From Eukaryota sp. GEM-RC1 (Eukaryota): a stretch of 64,000 nt of DNA. The notes beneath the pieces were generated by a model. The model had not been told where the DNA came from and made no database searches. It saw only the letters and a program-made list of their open reading frames with translations. The stretch spans positions 930,001 to 994,000 of the forward strand of contig JAUFOQ010000016.1 of NCBI GenBank assembly GCA_040285855.1, written 5' to 3'. How positions within the stretch are numbered: the stretch's first letter is position 1; each line of letters begins with the position of its first letter. Of this stretch, positions 29,411 through 40,800 are shown piece after piece. Both the position numbers and the translations under genes were made by a program.

Positions 29411-31299
29411 TCAATTTAGGCAAAGTAGTGACTGTTGTTTTTTCAGTTTTGGCACAGGTTTGTTAAAAATTAAATCAGAATTGATGGCACTTACACTTTG
29501 ATTATTGAGACACTCATCGTCATCATTCACAACAAAATCATTCATACTAGACGACGCATCGTCATCATCATCAGTTTCATCATCTCCACTATCACTTCCA
29601 GAGACAACAACTTCATTATCGAATAATTCTAAAACTGAATCAGAAGTGTTATTCAAATTTTCAATTTTTGGAACATCCTTTTCCACCAAATCTTCCTCAA
29701 TTTCTTCATTGACTGGACCAAGAACATCAACAGTTTCTGTACTTTGACCAACACTAGAAATAATATTGGACGAAAATTCATCAAAAGTTTTCAACACAGA
29801 AGGCCAATTTCTAACAATTCTTTCATCTTCTAATGGCAAAGGATAAAGAGGTTTAGTAACCGGTCGACAGGGGTGAAAAGTGGAATAATACCACTGATAA
29901 AGATCAATTCTTGGTTTGGGAAATCTTGAAGAAATATCTAAAATTTTAATTGAGTTCCAGTTCTTCACCCTACTCAATGTAACGTACAATTGGGCATATT
30001 CCCAAAAATTTAATGAAACTTCAATTCCTTCAATTGTTAGACCCTGAGATCTATGGACTGTTATTGCCCAACAAGGACGAAGAGGATATTGCAATCGGGA
30101 TGCTATAATTACAGGCTTTTTCTTCTCATTCAACACCTCAATTTCAAATTTAGTCGGAATAATTTTGATTGGTTCTTCGTCCCTCCCGAATCTTACATTA
30201 ATGAAATGTGAAGTTTCTGAAAAATCAATAATTTTGCCTTTTGACCCATTTACTAGGCCCAGATCTGGTTTGTTTTGGGTAAACATTACCAAACCCCCGA
30301 CAACACAGTGAAATTTTTGTTCGGCAAAATCGTTTAGCCTACTTGATAATTTTTTTACATTTAAATCAACAGCCTTTTCCATTTGTTCCTCATTAGGCTT
30401 ACCAAATGCCCAACTTTTAACAATTTCTGATTTAATTAAGTTTTCATTGAACTTATCGAGGGAATGAAATTCAACATTTTCATTCCCTTGTTCACATAAT
30501 AATTCAAATTGCTTTAAATTTTCGTCGGCGACATCCTTGTTTCTAGCAAATAATTTGGTTGGACTTTCAATATTTTTGGCTAATGACTTATGTTTCAATA
30601 AAATATGTTTCATATAGTCATCAAAAAGTCCGAGACGTATTTCATTCAAAAAATTATAAAAATTGACATCACCTTGTTGTCGGATACTTCCAGATAATTC
30701 AATAAAATTTAAATTCAAGTCCTTCCAAGACTGTGATGAAAACGTAAAGTCTGAAAGTTGAAGAACAGTCCGTGTGTTTGAATCAGATTTTACAATTGGT
30801 GCAAGTTGCAAAAAATCACCAAATATTACAACTTGAAGTCCACCAAATGGTAACTGAGACTTCAGTAAATCTTTAAATATATCAGAGGCTCTGTTGAATA
30901 ATTCAGCAGTCAACATTGAAATTTCATCAATAACAAGCATTGAATTTCGAGCACTAATAGTTCGTAAAACAGACTTAACACTCGAAGGCATAGAGCGAAT
31001 GACATCAGATATTGGTTTTTCATTACGGATAAAATTATAACCAAAGAGAGAGTGTAGTGTTTGACCACCAAAGACAGTGGAAGCAACACCAGTAGTAGCA
31101 GTAAAAAGACATGGCCATTGGGTCTCATTAGCTTGGAACCCGCATTAGACCACCACTGTTTAAGACAGTACAGTAGGTAAGACTTGCCCGATCCGGCACC
31201 ACCAGTAATGAAGAAATTTCGACGCTTAGAAGGTCTTGCATGAGTAATAGCTTGGAAGACCTGAGCCTGTTCGTCTGTAAGTGTGTTGATAATGGACAT
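29411..31299 (-). CDS. PIF1-family SF1B DNA helicase (frameshifted near 31000-31130)
   Basis: GGAGSGKS, IDEISM, FGGLQVVIFGDFLQL, RQQGD, YPLRPCWAITVHRSQGLTI and QLYVTLSRV. Confidence 0.9.
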
Positions 31300-31756
31300 T
31301 GAGTGTGTGAAGTGGTGATGTTTAAGATGCAGATTGTGCAGGGAAACTTTCCTTTCACTATAATTTATATATCTACCTCCACTTTATGGAAAATGCTGGT
31401 CGTACATAATTCTTAGAAGCTTGTTCTATCATGATGAGCTTTCTATCGTCTCATATGTCAAATTATATGTCTATGTAAAACGTGATGTTGGTGTTGGGAT
31501 CGATCTTGATGAAATAGAGCAATGTATCGTGTCATTGGACTACTTTCGAGCACTCTAACTCATATCCGAGTCTTTTAAAGTCACGCCCTTGATCTTACAA
31601 ATCAAACATGAGATCTCTCTCCTAGCCCTCGTTGATGCCATTCTATCTGAAGACAAGGTACCTTCTGCTTCTGTTTCACTAAATCCAAGGTAATTCCTCC
31701 TCCTCCCTACACAGCTGATGTTCCTCGTAGAAGTAGAACACCCCGATTTGTGTTCT

Positions 31757-32560
31757 CTATATGTCGAATGTAATCTCCTTATTGCTATTTGTTATAAAAT
31801 ACAACTGTTCTTTATACTTAAGCAATGAATCAATGAAACTCACAAACTCCTTGTCACAATCTGCATCACATTCACAAATCTCATTCACATCAAACAAGTT
31901 GAACAACGAAGACACCCTTTTAACAACAACGGACATGTCAACAAACTCCTCATCTTGACTGTTCTCACACATAAGTATTATATCTGTCAATGTTTCAGAA
32001 CATCCTGTAAACTCTTGGAATACTTCAGTAAGTAACAATTCCCTACATTCATCACCATTCAAGGATAGTAGCAAAACTGTCAATACTTTAACTAGACACT
32101 GTCGATCATTAATACTCCAAAGAAATTCGGAAATATCATTGAGAAACAATATTCTTTCACACTTTGTGATCAACAACGTGTTATACATTGCTTGTAAAGA
32201 ATTTGCAAGTACAAATAACAGGACAGAAAAACAATTTAGCATTCCCTCAACATCTACACTACAACAACAACAACAAACAATTTTGAATACCACGTTCCAC
32301 AATGGAATCGACGGCATTGTCTTACATTTCGCTAGTATATGTGAGCAGATTGAAAGTAAAGGAGATAAAGAAGTTAAGTCATCTTCAGGATTTGGATGAA
32401 AGCTCATACGATGTATGTGAGACAAAAGTGATGTCAATTTGTCAAGAGAGTTAAGTTCTCCTATGGCCATGCATTTGATACACCCACATGCTTGTATTTG
32501 TTGAATGAGATATGTTTCAAAGAATGTTGCCAAACAATCTTGTAAGATATTGTTGGTCAT
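31757..32560 (-). CDS. Hypothetical Cys-rich helical protein
   Basis: 267-aa ORF with no recognisable motif. Confidence 0.4.
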   Translation of the reverse strand: MTNNILQDCLATFFETYLIQQIQACGCIKCMAIGELNSLDKLTSLLSHIHRMSFHPNPEDDLTSLSPLLSICSHILAKCKTMPSIPLWNVVFKIVCCCCCSVDVEGMLNCFSVLLFVLANSLQAMYNTLLITKCERILFLNDISEFLWSINDRQCLVKVLTVLLLSLNGDECRELLLTEVFQEFTGCSETLTDIILMCENSQDEEFVDMSVVVKRVSSLFNLFDVNEICECDADCDKEFVSFIDSLLKYKEQLYFITNSNKEITFDI

Positions 32561-32602
32561 TGAATTGATAGTGAAGGAAAATATTTTTCCGGCAAAAATC
32601 CA

Positions 32603-33381
32603 ATGTCAGTTGTATGTCTTTATTCACTCTCATTTCAGTCTTCAGATGATGCAACGTCTATGTCTGTCAATTATAACAAGAAACGACGCTCTAACGCTTT
32701 CCGAAGAAAGAATATGAACAAGCACCAGGATGTCTATAACGTCTTTAGTTATACATCGACAAAGGTGGATGGTAAAAGTGTTCAGCTCGGTCCCAATGGG
32801 GATTATATTCTAATTTCACGACCTCGTGATAATTCAACAGATGGACTTTCTATAAGTACCAACAATGATGAATTCCTCTCAGACTTGGTACAGTCTAAGG
32901 AAGACTTTTTGAGAATATTGTTCACTTTATTAATTCTAGAACTCAGTATTTAGCTTCCCAAGGCGCAAAAGTACCAGACATTTCTTCACGTTTTAAGAAA
33001 GTGTATGGTATGAATGCTGAAGAAAACGAAGATCTTTCTGAGTTTTATTCAATTGCTCCTAATGTTATTCATGAAAGAACTCATATTGTTAAGAAAAAGA
33101 ACAAGCACCTTAAAGAAGCTAAAGTTGTGAGCAAAGAAGCCACAACTCCAGAACCTCTCACAAAGTCCTCTCGTAACTCTCCCACCGAATCCGCTCCTTC
33201 CACTCCTACTAAATACGATGAAATTCAATCCTCCCTAGGATCACTTGTTTCCAAGACTTTGGGACATCAGTGTGGAAAGGAAAAGCCTATCTCAGGCAGC
33301 GATAAGAGAAAGAAGTTAGAGATAAAGAAGTTAAATGTAGGACCTGTTTTGCAGAAACAACTGGCAAGTAGAACAAAATAA
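32603..33381 (+). CDS. Hypothetical protein (two ORFs, probably frameshifted)
   Basis: Adjacent ORFs 32603-32953 and 33001-33381. Confidence 0.35.
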
Positions 33382-33625
33382 AGAAGATGTTGTTTATTGA
33401 ATGAGATAAGTGTGCATGGTCTAGTATAGGACTCCGAAGATGTGAAGTGAAGTCTAAGGTCTAGGTTCACTTTTCTTTCATACATGAATCCACTGATCTA
33501 ATTCTAGATAACTGAACCTCAACCTAAGAAGATTGTTGACGTTGACAGCGTTGTCAAGACTGGTCATGAGGCAGTGACCACTCTTTTAGCAAACTCTAAG
33601 CATTCACTTGACGAGAAGGAACTTG

Positions 33626-33873
33626 AACTCATCTTTAGTGCAGTTGCTTCCGCCCTTCGTGAACCCCAGTAATTGAAAGAGCTATTCGAATTGCTGGTGA
33701 TACTACTCGTGATACTGCTAGCCTCATACACCATATGCGATTTAAAACTCATCTTTAGTGCAGTTGCTTCCGCCCTTCGTGAAACCACCACCCCAGTAAT
33801 TGAAAGAGCTATTCGAATTGCTGGTGATACTACTCGTGATACTGCTAGCCTCATACACCATATGCGATTTAAA
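33626..33873. repeat. Tandem duplication of an approximately 121-128-bp unit
   Basis: ACTCATCTTTAGTGCAGTTGC...CATATGCGATTTAAA occurs twice, with a small deletion in copy 1. Confidence 0.9.
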
Positions 33874-34430
33874 TTTGTTTTTATAGATCATTATTGTAGT
33901 TTTCTTTGTTTAGATATCAATAAAGCATCACGTTCTTCTTTTGTTTCAAGTCTCTTCCTTGTTAACACGAAATCAACATATACGTTCTAGTTCAATGCAT
34001 TGTCAATGTTGTGATACACAAGAGCATTGAAAATAACATTGTTGATGTATTAATTAATGAATGATGTCAAGTAAGTAAGTACAAAAATGTTGTATATGAA
34101 GTGTAGGAGATATCCGAAGACAGAAAAGATGTCTGCTATCTGTAGACAAACAAGACAAGACTCCAAAAATGAATACTGCAATTTCACTTTTCTTCTCTCT
34201 TGACATGCGTATGATCCTCCATCTTTCTAACTATAGACATTGTGATGATGCCAAAAGTAAGTTTTGGTCACGATATGTGCTTGCTGCCACGTATATCTAT
34301 GAGAAGTGACCTCTTTACATAGATGGCAATTCCGCTCTTCTTGTCAATTTGTCTCCTGCACTCGACAAGTGGGCAAGATGAGTTGGGTTGTCATCTGGTG
34401 TATCGTGGTTGCACTTATTGCTTTGCTTTG

Positions 34431-34520
34431 CGTCCACATCCGCCATTTCTCAATTCCGCCATCCAGATACTGTTTCCATTGCACGGTCACGGGATTTGGA
34501 TGGTGGGTTGAAGGAATGTG
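34431..34520 (+). ncRNA. Solo copy of the conserved stem-loop motif (type A)
   Basis: CCGCCATCCAGAT-ACTGT-TTCCATTGC-ACGGT-CACGGG-ATTTGGATGGTGG, homologous to the 141-bp unit. Confidence 0.55.
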
Positions 34521-35062
34521 TTGTTCCGTGGTTTTCTCTTTATCCACTTCTTCTGTGATGATGCTCCTTCAGTTATCTCCTCTGCTGAAAACACTGGATT
34601 TCTGACTGATTCTTGCTGAATGCCTCTTGCATTGTATGTTTCGTAGATCCGCTTAACGTTGCATTGAACCACTTGAAGATTGTCCTCTGAGAAGTATGGT
34701 TGTCTTGTGATTTGTCTTGGCCATACTGTATAACAACTTTCTTCGTTCCCTCCGTTTCATTTCTCTCTGCTCTTCTTCTCAAAGTCACAATGGGAACATC
34801 TTGAGCAATAGCTTGGTGGTATATCTTCGTTCCTCTGTACAATTCAGAAGCAGAGTAGATCAACAGATGTAAATGGTCTTTATGTCATATACATCACCTC
34901 TTCAAATCCTGCCACCCCCGCTTCTTTGGGAACAAAATTCGTTGGTGAAAAACAGAAAATGTGACTTTCAATATCAATTAAGTTGGGGCGATATCCAGAT
35001 CAATCACTGTCCTGTTAATAGACAGAATTTTGCATAAAGTAATAAGGCCTTTCATACTGGGA

Positions 35063-35867
35063 CTATCTAAACTCAACTGAGCCCGAAACCCTGCAATGGA
35101 GTCAGTCTCGAGTTGAGTTAGATAAGGATAGGGAGGCTGCATCATCAAAGCTACGGCAGTGGATGTTGAAAATCTACTGTTTATCCACAAGTGCAGTTGT
35201 ATTTGAGTTACAATAAGTTTTAATTACAACTGATTCAGTTCCAAAAACTTTCAAGGCTTGTTTCTATGAAGAGAAATTTTTTAGACGTAGACGCCTTACC
35301 CATTATTCAAGAAAAGAACGAAGTGAACAAAACTTGGTCCACAGATTTGCTCTCCAATATGGTGATCCAGATTTTCACATGAATCAAAAACTTGCCATTG
35401 GAACGTTGAATATAGACAACGACGTTGTCGAAACTCTTCATACAGAATGTTTTTGATTTAAACTTTTCGTTACTAAAAAATTGTTTTAGTATCTTCAAGT
35501 AAATCTGTAGTTCTCATCATGAAAAGAACCAGTCACAAGATAATTAATAAAGTTAAGGCTCATTGTTCTGGGCCATTTGTACTCAACCCAGCAACAGACT
35601 GATTAGTGAACAAATTTTTGAACACGTTTATGTTGGTAAGATTTCTTAGGTTTGTGGCAGCCGACACTTAAATTCTTAGTGTGGGAACTTTCTCAAAAAC
35701 TCAACCTTCAAGTGTATGATCGTACGAATAATCAATGGCGACTTCCACGAATTAAGTGTCAAGACCTGATTTTGCCTAACCCTTCTTCTCTTTCCAGTTT
35801 GACTAAAACAGTTAACGAGGCTCTTGCCATTCCTGTTAAAACTACTACTCCTTCAATTTCTACTTCA
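35063..35867. other. Mosaic of short scrambled fragments of the downstream helicase/Fanzor block
   Basis: Eight segments of about 21-108 nt match the 48.2-48.5, 43.3, 45.6, 45.7, 52.8, 44.5, 39.9 and 36.4 kb regions. Confidence 0.85.
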
Positions 35868-36039
35868 CTGGTTCCTTTATTAATCCTGTATTAGTTAGTT
35901 ATAGTAAAACATTAATCCTCGTGAATGACAAATTCATCACGGAATGAATAAACCCACCCTATTGTATTGATTGAAAGTCAAAAATGGAATCTTTGTTGTA
36001 ATAATAGACTAGGACATAAATTTTCCTCTCTGCACAAAC

Positions 36040-37738
36040 ATGTCAACATCATTCCGTGTCCGCCAACGTTTTCCCAAACAACAGATGCAACTAGACTTCG
36101 TAAATGACATTCCTGCGGAAGTTACAGATGTTGAAATTGTCATCGTCCAAGACACTGCGGGCGACTTCTTCATTGTCGTAGTGTATAATGGACATATTCA
36201 ATACCATTTCAATCTCGTTCTTGTAACATCAGACGTTGCACAAACAAAGTTCCTTTTCAGCTTAGCATCGTCCTCTAATCTTCGTGCAATCACTCCCCTT
36301 GAAGATACACAGTGTATTAGCGACGTGATATCTTTCATCGTAAAAACCACCCTCTCATCTCATAACCTGATTGTATCCCCTTCTTCTCTTTCCAGTTTGA
36401 CTAAAACAGTTAACGAGGCTCTTGCTATTCCTGTTAAAACTACTACTCCTTCAATTTCTACTTCATCTGATTGTTGTTATGTCTATTCAGTTATCCATTT
36501 TATTATACGTCACATTGAACGTTTCTTCGAACTCAATGTAAATCATTTCAAAGAACTAGATTTTGATACTTCTGCTACTCCTCTCTTCAATTGTTTTTAT
36601 ACGAAAGATATTGAAGGTGTTCATGCGCAAATCGCTGACATTTATCCTGTTTTTGCGGCGGGTCAACACGATCCTTTCAATTTCCTTGCCAAACTTTTAA
36701 AAACACTTGACAAGGAATTCCGCACCACCTTGCCATCTTCATCAAATGATGAATTACACTCTTTGTCAAAAATTTGAACCACAGTCTGAATCAGAAGAAA
36801 CTGATACTACAGACTTCCAATATAATGGATATGATTTAGATGAGAAACCATCACCAAAAAAAGTTCAGACTCAGTTAGATGTCAAATCATCACTTCAGCA
36901 AGATTTAGATCAATTGTTGATAACTCAAAAATTAAAGCATTCTTGTGCTGTTAATGCATTTTGTTTCTGTATTAAAACAACAACAAAATGTTCTTGGTGT
37001 GGGACTGATCCGACATCTAAAATTCACTTCGCCTTGGATATTAACCAGGAAAGTATCCAAAGGCGGTATCCTTCTAGACCAACCGATCTCGAATCATTGT
37101 TGCAAGCTCATCTACCTTTTCGAAAAGAAATAATTTGTGCTACTTGTCCTGAACAAAAATCAGAAATTACTGAAACTTTTGCTTCTCTTCCAAAAGCTCT
37201 TATCATTAGACTGACTGGACATCCTCAACCAGTTACTATTTCTTCAAATCTATCACTCTATCTATTCCTGTCTTCTGAAGGACAGATGGGTTCAGAATCG
37301 ATTGAGTTTTCCCCTACCAATGAAATCAACTCACAACTGCCACTTAAGGACATTTACACATTGTCTCATTATCCAACATCAGAAGAATTGTCTGTCTTTG
37401 ACATTTCTAATGAAAATGAAAGAAAGTGTGGGAGTCAGCATTTTGTTAGAGGTAGTGATTGGGAAAGAAGTACCAGTCGAACCTCAACCGCCAAAGTGTC
37501 AACCAAGACCAAAAGTAGTGTTGAAGAAAAATACACATACAGACTGCTGTCTGCGATCTGTCATTACGATTCCCTTGCTGACGGTCACTGTGTGACATAT
37601 GCAAAGGAAAAAGAAGGTTCTTGGTGGTTACATGATACCAATAGTGATTGCAAGAAAGGTGTAGACGAACAGACAGTATTAACTGAGATTTCTTTAAATG
37701 GCTATGTTTTACTTTATCAACATCAATATTTAGAATAA
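36040..37738 (+). CDS. USP / peptidase C19 deubiquitinase-like protein (frameshift near 36770)
   Basis: Cys box SDCCYVYSVIH, GQHDPFNFL, LPKALIIRL, His box HYDSLADGHCVTYAK...WWLHD and GYVLLYQ. Confidence 0.75.
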
Positions 37739-37888
37739 ACGCATAGTAATAAATTGTTCTACATGTATCTAAGAGAAAATAAAAGTGTACACAAAGCGAT
37801 CCTTGTAAATGTAGTTGTGAAGACATGAGAATTCCTTGTTCTATCAGTACAGTATAGTTGTTTACAGCTCCATAATTTTCCCACTCCA

Positions 37889-40800
37889 ATGACTTCTATT
37901 ATACTGCTAACACCCCTCGCCTCGTCCACATCCGCCATTGCTTCATCACATCACCCAAACACTGTTTCCATAGCACGGTCACGGGATATGGATGGTGGGT
38001 TGAAGAAATGTGTGAATACGTGCTTCCCGATGTCGTCTCCGCTTATTCTGTGCTCTATCCTCTCGTCCACATCCGCCATTGCTTCATCACGTCATCCAGA
38101 TACTGTTTCCATAGCACGGTCACGGGATTTGGATGGTGGGTTGAAGAAATGTGTGAATACGTGCTTCCCGATGTCGTCTCCGCTTATTCTGTGCTCTATC
38201 CTCTCGTCCACATCCGCCATTGCTTCATCACGTCATCCAGATACTGTTTCCTTAGCACGGTCACGGGATTTGGATGGTGGGTTGAAGAAATGTGTGAATA
38301 CGTGCTTCCCGATGTCGTCTCCGCTTATTCTGTGCTCTATCCTCTCGTCCACATCCGCCATTGCTTCATCACGTCATCCAGATACTGTTTCCATAGCACG
38401 GTCACGGGATTTGGATGGTGGGTTGAAGAAATGTGTGAATACGTGCTTCCCGATGTCGTCTCCGCTTATTCTGTGCTCTATCCTCTCGTCCACATCCGCC
38501 ATTGCTTCATCACGTCATCCAGATACTGTTTCCATAGCACGGTCACGGGATTTGGATGGTGGGTTGAAGAAATGTGTGAATACGTGCTTCCCGATGTCGT
38601 CTCCGCTTATTCTGTGCTCTATCCTCTCGTCCACATCCGCCATTGCTTCATCACGTCATCCAGATACTGTTTCCATAGCACGGTCACGGGATTTGGATGG
38701 TGGGTTGAAGAAATGTGTGAATACGTGCTTCCCGATGTCGTCTCCGCTTATTCTGTGCTCTATCCTCTCGTCCACATCCGCCATTGCTTCATCACATCAC
38801 CCAAACACTGTTTCCATAGCACGGTCACGGGATTTGGATGGTGGGTTGAAGAAATGTGTGAATACGTGCTTCCCGATGTCGTCTCCGCTTATTCTGTGCT
38901 CTATCCTCTCGTCCACATCATGGAAACGTGATCTCTCTATCGATGGAGACGTTGAGCAGAATCCAGGTCCCCATGATCGTTTACCATCCCCAGAAGTAAA
39001 GAGACCCAGAAGAACTTCTGTGTCACCATCGCCTCCTCCATCTCTGCCAGAAACGCTACCAGAAGAACTGCCAACACAAGAACCGCCAACACAAGAACTG
39101 CCAACAGAAGAAACTCTAACAGAAGAACCGCCAACAGAAGAAACTCAGCTAAAACAAAAGAAACATAATCAAAGAACTAAATACCACATGGGCATATTGC
39201 ATCGTTACTGCCGTATTCCACATGAAACTTTTGCCCATCCAGTGCTAAGATCTGGAAGAACACCTGGTTTCCAAGTTTGTTCATGTATGAATCATGTTTT
39301 TATAGATGAATCCGAAAACTTAACTGATCTCGCTCCAGATGTCATTCCCAATCCAGACAATGAATCACGACGCTCGTTCCTGGCCCAAATTATGCAAGAG
39401 TGTTGCAAACCTGGTGACACGCCAAGTAATTGGAGAATTGAAAATTACATCATGGCCAAACACTATGAATCGGAGTTGATTGAATGTCAACAAGATGCTA
39501 ATCATTACTTGCTCAGTTATGATGGAGCGTTGGAATCCCTCCATAAATATTGGTGTCAATTGTGTGACCCTAATCGAGAATCTACTGTGAGTTTACCGAT
39601 TATGCCTCTTGGATTCAAATATGAGATGCCTCCCCATTGTCCTCAAAAACAACCTTCTTTTCGTGAATCGTTTTGCCTTTTTATTGCTCCATGTCTCTTC
39701 TGCCTTCTTCCTGGTCACAGTTATAATGAATGTCCCTTCCAAACTTTTAGACTTAGTGATGTTTCATTAAGTATCACATCCTTGTATCAAAATATCAACC
39801 CTAAAGTTTTGGTACGTCCTGAGGTTATGCTGGACATTTTATTAACAATGCTCCATCTGCAATTTGTTGTGGAGGAGAAAAAACTCAACCTTCAAGTGTA
39901 TGATCGTACGAATAATCAATTTACTTTGGAAATGTACAAAGAAAACCAAAAAGTGATTGAAAAGTTTGCAAAGTCAAAAGCTACTTATAAACTCAAAATG
40001 TTAATCTTTGATATTGCTCATGTTATTGAATTAATTAAAAAAGAAGCCCCCAAAATACCTGATGTTGATGTCAAAGATTCTGATTTTGAACATACTGACG
40101 ATCCTACAGACGATCCTTTAAATGATGACGGATTTGATGATCTATATAATCAAACTTCTGTTAGTATTATGTGGGATGATTTTAATAATATCAGAGATTC
40201 GTCCTACACTTCTCAATTACTTTCAAGATTTTTTAACTTTTGTCATTTTCTCGAGCACTATACTTTTGTGGATACAGATGAAGAAAGCCGCATTGTCGAA
40301 ATTAAAGACCCTGAAACTAAACAAGTTGTACAACGGAAAGAAGTTTACCGACATCAGTTTACTGTATATCAAGATTTTTTCGAAAACAAAATTGAAACTA
40401 TGAGTATGCTCATGTTCCAACTGTCATTTTGTGCCCATTACCATTATGAACAAAAAAAAGAAAACAAAGATCTCTCTTTAATGTCTTTCTGTTTCCAGGC
40501 AATGGAATACTTAGTCTCATTGTCATGGTTGGCGTCAAATCATAGTGATTACAAGATGTTGTTAGATCATTATCTTCAATGGAGACGACCTCCCCGCTAT
40601 GTTTACAATTTCCCAAGCACTGTGACTTCACCAGAGGAACCAACGTGTACATTTACATCAATTGATTTTCCTAAAGTATGTTCTAAATTAGCACATTTGA
40701 AATCTTATGTCCGCGAAAGTGATTTACTAACACAAATTCTTCAAATTTTGACACTAAATGAACAGTGGAATAATACAGTTGACAGTAATGACGCCTACTT

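Noticed and set aside
29411..31299. Autonomous Helitron
   Set aside because: No HUH/Rep motifs upstream of the helicase, and no terminal hairpin-CTRR end identified.
35070..35112. Hammerhead ribozyme (CTGAG...GAAAC...GTC) on the strand opposite the type-B hairpin
   Set aside because: It lacks CUGANGA and stem II, is not conserved in type-A copies, and the G-U pattern favours the other strand.
35955..35966. TIR pair CCACCCTATTGT with the 53743-53754 end
   Set aside because: Only a 10/12 match with no convincing TSD, so it cannot be distinguished from chance without more copies.
37921..38919. CRISPR array
   Set aside because: Units are near-identical along their whole length, with no unique spacers and no cas genes.
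38008..38931. Second 307-aa protein in an alternate frame of the repeat array
   Set aside because: It is open only because the 141-bp unit lacks stops in that frame, and it ends immediately after the array.
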